From positions 41,974,001-42,038,000 of the forward strand of contig OZ024745.1 in NCBI GenBank assembly GCA_964016885.1: a stretch of DNA of 64,000 nt, given 5' to 3'. This stretch comes from Eledone cirrhosa (taxonomy: Eukaryota). A program made the translations under genes and the position numbers. Positions 59,922 through 64,000 of the stretch are shown piece by piece (position 1 is the first letter of the stretch; each line of letters starts with the position of its first letter). The notes under the pieces are model-generated. The model was given only the letters and a program-made list of their open reading frames with translations. It was not told the origin of the DNA and did not search any database.

Positions 59922-62601
59922 TATCTGGTCTGTTTATCTGTTTTTCTCTTTCTTCCTCTACCTTTCCCCTTTTTTCTTCTTCTTTTCTTCTTTTTCCCTT
60001 CCTTTTTTTCCCCCTCCTGGCCTTCTGATTGAGAAAAGGCCTTGAACGCACCGCGGATCGCTTTTAGATGTCCTGTATTAAGAGCCGAAACATCTTGATC
60101 TCGGTTTTACAGCTGATAAAGGATTTCTTTTCTTTTCTTGTTTCGTCCATACTACCATCTTAAACTATATACATATATAGCTTTTTCTATGTTATGAATG
60201 GGATGTCGGTGATAGAGACCATCAGTGTGATTATGAGGCCTTGATTTGGTACAAATTTAAGAGTGTTAATTGCGTGTTAAGTTTAGAAAGTGTGGAATTA
60301 ACTATATTTTAATGTGAAGTAATTTATTTATTTATTTATATCAAACTAACGTTTAACTGAATTATCCCCCTTCTAGAAATGTTCTTATCAGAATATAATT
60401 CTAGAAAGTGCGATTGTGTATGTTTTAATCAACTGAACCATTTCAAGGCAACGAACCTTAAATATGTTGAGGCAGTCAACGTATCAAGTGTCACCAACTT
60501 ACACATATTTCAGCTTAAATAATCTCTGACCTTTTATACAATTTAAAATTAATTCGTTGGATTGAATCATTAGGTTTCCTGAAAAGCTGCAACATTTTTG
60601 CTCCTTTGAATATGTAAGACATTTTGGGTAAATATGGATTTACGAGTATATTTGTTTTTTCCATGTTTCTGTATGTAATTTAAATTAGAGTAAAAATTCT
60701 ATTTCCCAAAAGAGTATAAAGTTGTTTGTTTACTTGAGAAACGCGTTTATTCAAGAATGTGATTTAATAGTAAAGGTTAATGGGTTACAGAAAGTGAAAT
60801 CAAACTACTTGTAGATTTGAGTAATACTAATTTCATTATGGGAATTCGGTTAATGTTGAAAACCAAACTCTACATAAAGTTTTTTTAAGTCTACCTTCTC
60901 TCAAGGCGTGTAGTGATTTTGTTGATAATATATGAACTACCAGCTCATGGATAATATGAACTACAGCTCATGGATAAACATATTTTGTCCGGATATATTC
61001 TATTTTCTATCTCATAGCAGAATAAGTTGTTCAAATTCAAATCAGCCATCATTAAGCGTTCTACCCATGGCCATCTCACCAGTTGTAACTTTTATTACGG
61101 TACTGTTCTTATTTTAAGTGGGTCGAGCATTGGGCCAGGTAGGTTTTAGTGACAGGATACCTGTTATAAACTACTATTGCTTGAATGTTATGGATCAAAT
61201 GGAATACGCAATGTCTTCTATTCATTACACGATATCAAAGCTGAATTGAGACTAGTTCTCTGTGAAGAAAATTACTTTTGTCAGAAGCCTGGTTTTGTAA
61301 GTCATGTAATAGCCAGTCTTTTCGGTAGAATGATATGTTAGCGAAACCTACAGCCAATATTGCTTTCTTTCATTGGCTCAAGGTCTCAGATCTTGATAGG
61401 ATATAAGACTGCACAACGTTTATTATTTTCTCAAATGTTTTTAGTAATGTATATATTATAAAATACCGACAAACGTGAAAGGTAGCTAGGTGGCATTTTA
61501 GCTTACCGGAAATTTACGGCGTTCGTATTTCTGTCATTTCCGATTAAGCATCAATCTGCATCTTATTTATAAATATTATATTTTATTATATAATAAAAGT
61601 ATAAGTGTAGCATAAAATATTTCTTAGAAATGAGATCAGTATTTTCTATTCGATTATTTGATTATTTGAAATCAGTGCTGTCCGTGCAACTTTCATTATT
61701 AATTTGAGTGCAAGGCAAGTATATGAGCGGTATTCATGCTATCCCTATGGAATTTTGTTCTCGAAGTGAAAGGGATATGGCTAAAACCTAAAATCGAAAA
61801 TGAAAGACGTATCTATAGCTTTTATAAGTGTAATGACCTAAACTAGAAAAATACACAAGTATATTCGTATTTTCATTTATGTCAAGTAAACAATTTACTG
61901 ATTTGTCCCACTTCTAAGAATGTTTCTATTAAAATGTCATTATAGAAAGTGGAATTGTGTGTGTTGTAATCAAATGAACCATTTCAAGGCAATGAACTAT
62001 ATATATGTTTAACCAGTCAAATAGAAACATACGTGAGTACACTATTCCACGGTCACTAACACATTTAATTCAAGGACGCCATTTCAAATCTAGAAAGATT
62101 TATTTCAAATATTGGCATGCTCAATTGTTTTCTTAAAGTTTCAGTTTGAGCAATACCTTGTGAAGGAAATTTAGTTGGAGTAAGGTGTGAGAAATTCCAC
62201 CATATATATATATATATATATATAGCCACACTATCTATAGCATCTTGGAGCAAAACCCGTTGATAACACGACTGCCTTGTTCATCATCTCACCAGAAGCC
62301 CAACATTCTTTATGTAGGCGGACAGTACCTGATTTGGAGTCGCAGAAACCAATACTGGATTTTACCATCAGTCCAGGGTCCGGGAAAGTATCAACACATA
62401 TATTTTTATTGTTTGACCCGAATTACTTCGTCGTTTTGTTTTGGCTGTGCGGATGATATGTTTAACCATCATCTCAGTGTGTTTGGCCCTTAACGTATGT
62501 TGTAGCTCTGATTCATATGATTCATCGAGCGCTTGCCACACATATCGGACGTTGATTTTCGTTAATTCCTGAGGTGAAAACGATTCTCGCTAATTTATAT
62601 T

Positions 62602-62696
<95 letters not shown>

Positions 62697-63117
62697 GTAT
62701 CGTATGCTTTTGCTGTTTAGTACACAACTTAAAACACATCAAAATTAATTATCACCTCTATTGCTGATTATATGCAAATTAGTATGTCCATTTCAGTGAT
62801 ATTACTATGTGATAGAGTATATACTCTCTTAGTTACGTATTTACTTTTGCTTGTTTGGGTGATAGAGATATCCTCAGGGGAAATGTTCGAAAATCCGTTC
62901 AACATATTATTTTTCCATTTTCAAGGAAATGCGTGAAATAGGACATGTTTACACGTCAATATACCCAACGTATAAATTAATATACACAATTACACAGTCA
63001 CAGTTATCTCTGCACTGTATATATACAGTATATACAGATACATATTTAGCGTATAGTTTCAGTTGCTTCCTAGAGAAAAGATTATGTTTGGGAGAGAGAT
63101 GTAAAAGGAAGATAGAC

Positions 63118-63170
<53 letters not shown>

Positions 63171-63209
63171 ATATACACATACACGCGCGCGCACACACAC
63201 ATACATACG

Positions 63210-63260
<51 letters not shown>

Positions 63261-64000
63261 GTTGGTTTTGATGATAAGCGTTTCAGATGTTCGATGAACA
63301 GTCTACATGTGAAATTTATGTGCACATAGTTGAGCATTCCACAGACACGTGCACCCTTAACTTATATATATATATATATAAAGAAGGCGAGGATGTGAGT
63401 GAGAGAGATGGAGAGAAAGATAGTAATTAAAAAAAGTGAGTGGTTAATTATGTGCATGGTTATCAATATAGTTTCAAGCATACAAGTGTTCTTCTATAGG
63501 TGCTATGTCGTATATCGTTCCATTAGCATTGCTTGTATTCAGCCTGACACACATAGATACGCAGTTACGCTCACATAGATAAATATACACGCACACACGC
63601 ACATTTTTACGAAAAAAAAAGCAAGAAGACGTTGAACAATCTCGTGTGAGTAGCTGATTTTCTGATTTTCTAAACAGCTAGAAGTTCATACTGACTTCCG
63701 TGTATTTAGTTTGTTTAAGTAAGAAATGTATATAAATTCACAAGTTCTGTTTCTTTTTAACAAGAGGCATATAATTGGTCTGCTGCCGAAAAGACATAAA
63801 AATGAATTGGAAAGTATTAGATTCTTTCTTTCTATATTTTCACTTCTTTCCCTCTCTATTCCTCATTTCAAGAAAAAAAAAAAGAAGAAAGAAAAAATGC
63901 AAAATAGCAACTTTCAAGGCCAAGAGTCATTTTCGAAGTCTCCTTTACTCAATGGTAATTAATATCCAGCTGTTTTGATATGTGCCCTTCTAATTTTTTA

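Overview
Very AT-rich, microsatellite-saturated eukaryotic DNA, (TA)n/(TG)n/(TACA)n/(TAGA)n. Its SINE and LINE repertoire looks like an Octopus (cephalopod) intronic or intergenic region. No intact protein-coding gene is supported, and almost all ORF-track entries are dinucleotide-repeat artefacts. The unique islands between microsatellites are mostly mobile DNA: tRNA-derived SINEs, RTE-type and RLE-type LINE 3' ends, a Helitron, hAT and mariner remnants, and a decayed Penelope-like (PLE) RT-linker/GIY-YIG segment. The main signal is a dense population (about 30 insertions, at least 8 sequence-distinct families) of short elements inserted in (TA)n. Many carry type I minimal hammerhead ribozymes (several with intact cores; one family has a U3-A8 core covariant) and many are fold-back palindromes. 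The families share a 3' tail hairpin, (T)ACTC-[variable stem]-1-2 nt bulge-GAGT-RCTC, which includes a GCTC/GAGC compensatory variant. Most short or solo arms end about 4-10 nt upstream of this hairpin, suggesting a conserved RNA element that sets an internal reverse-transcription start site. All calls were made by eye; coordinates may be off by a few bases.
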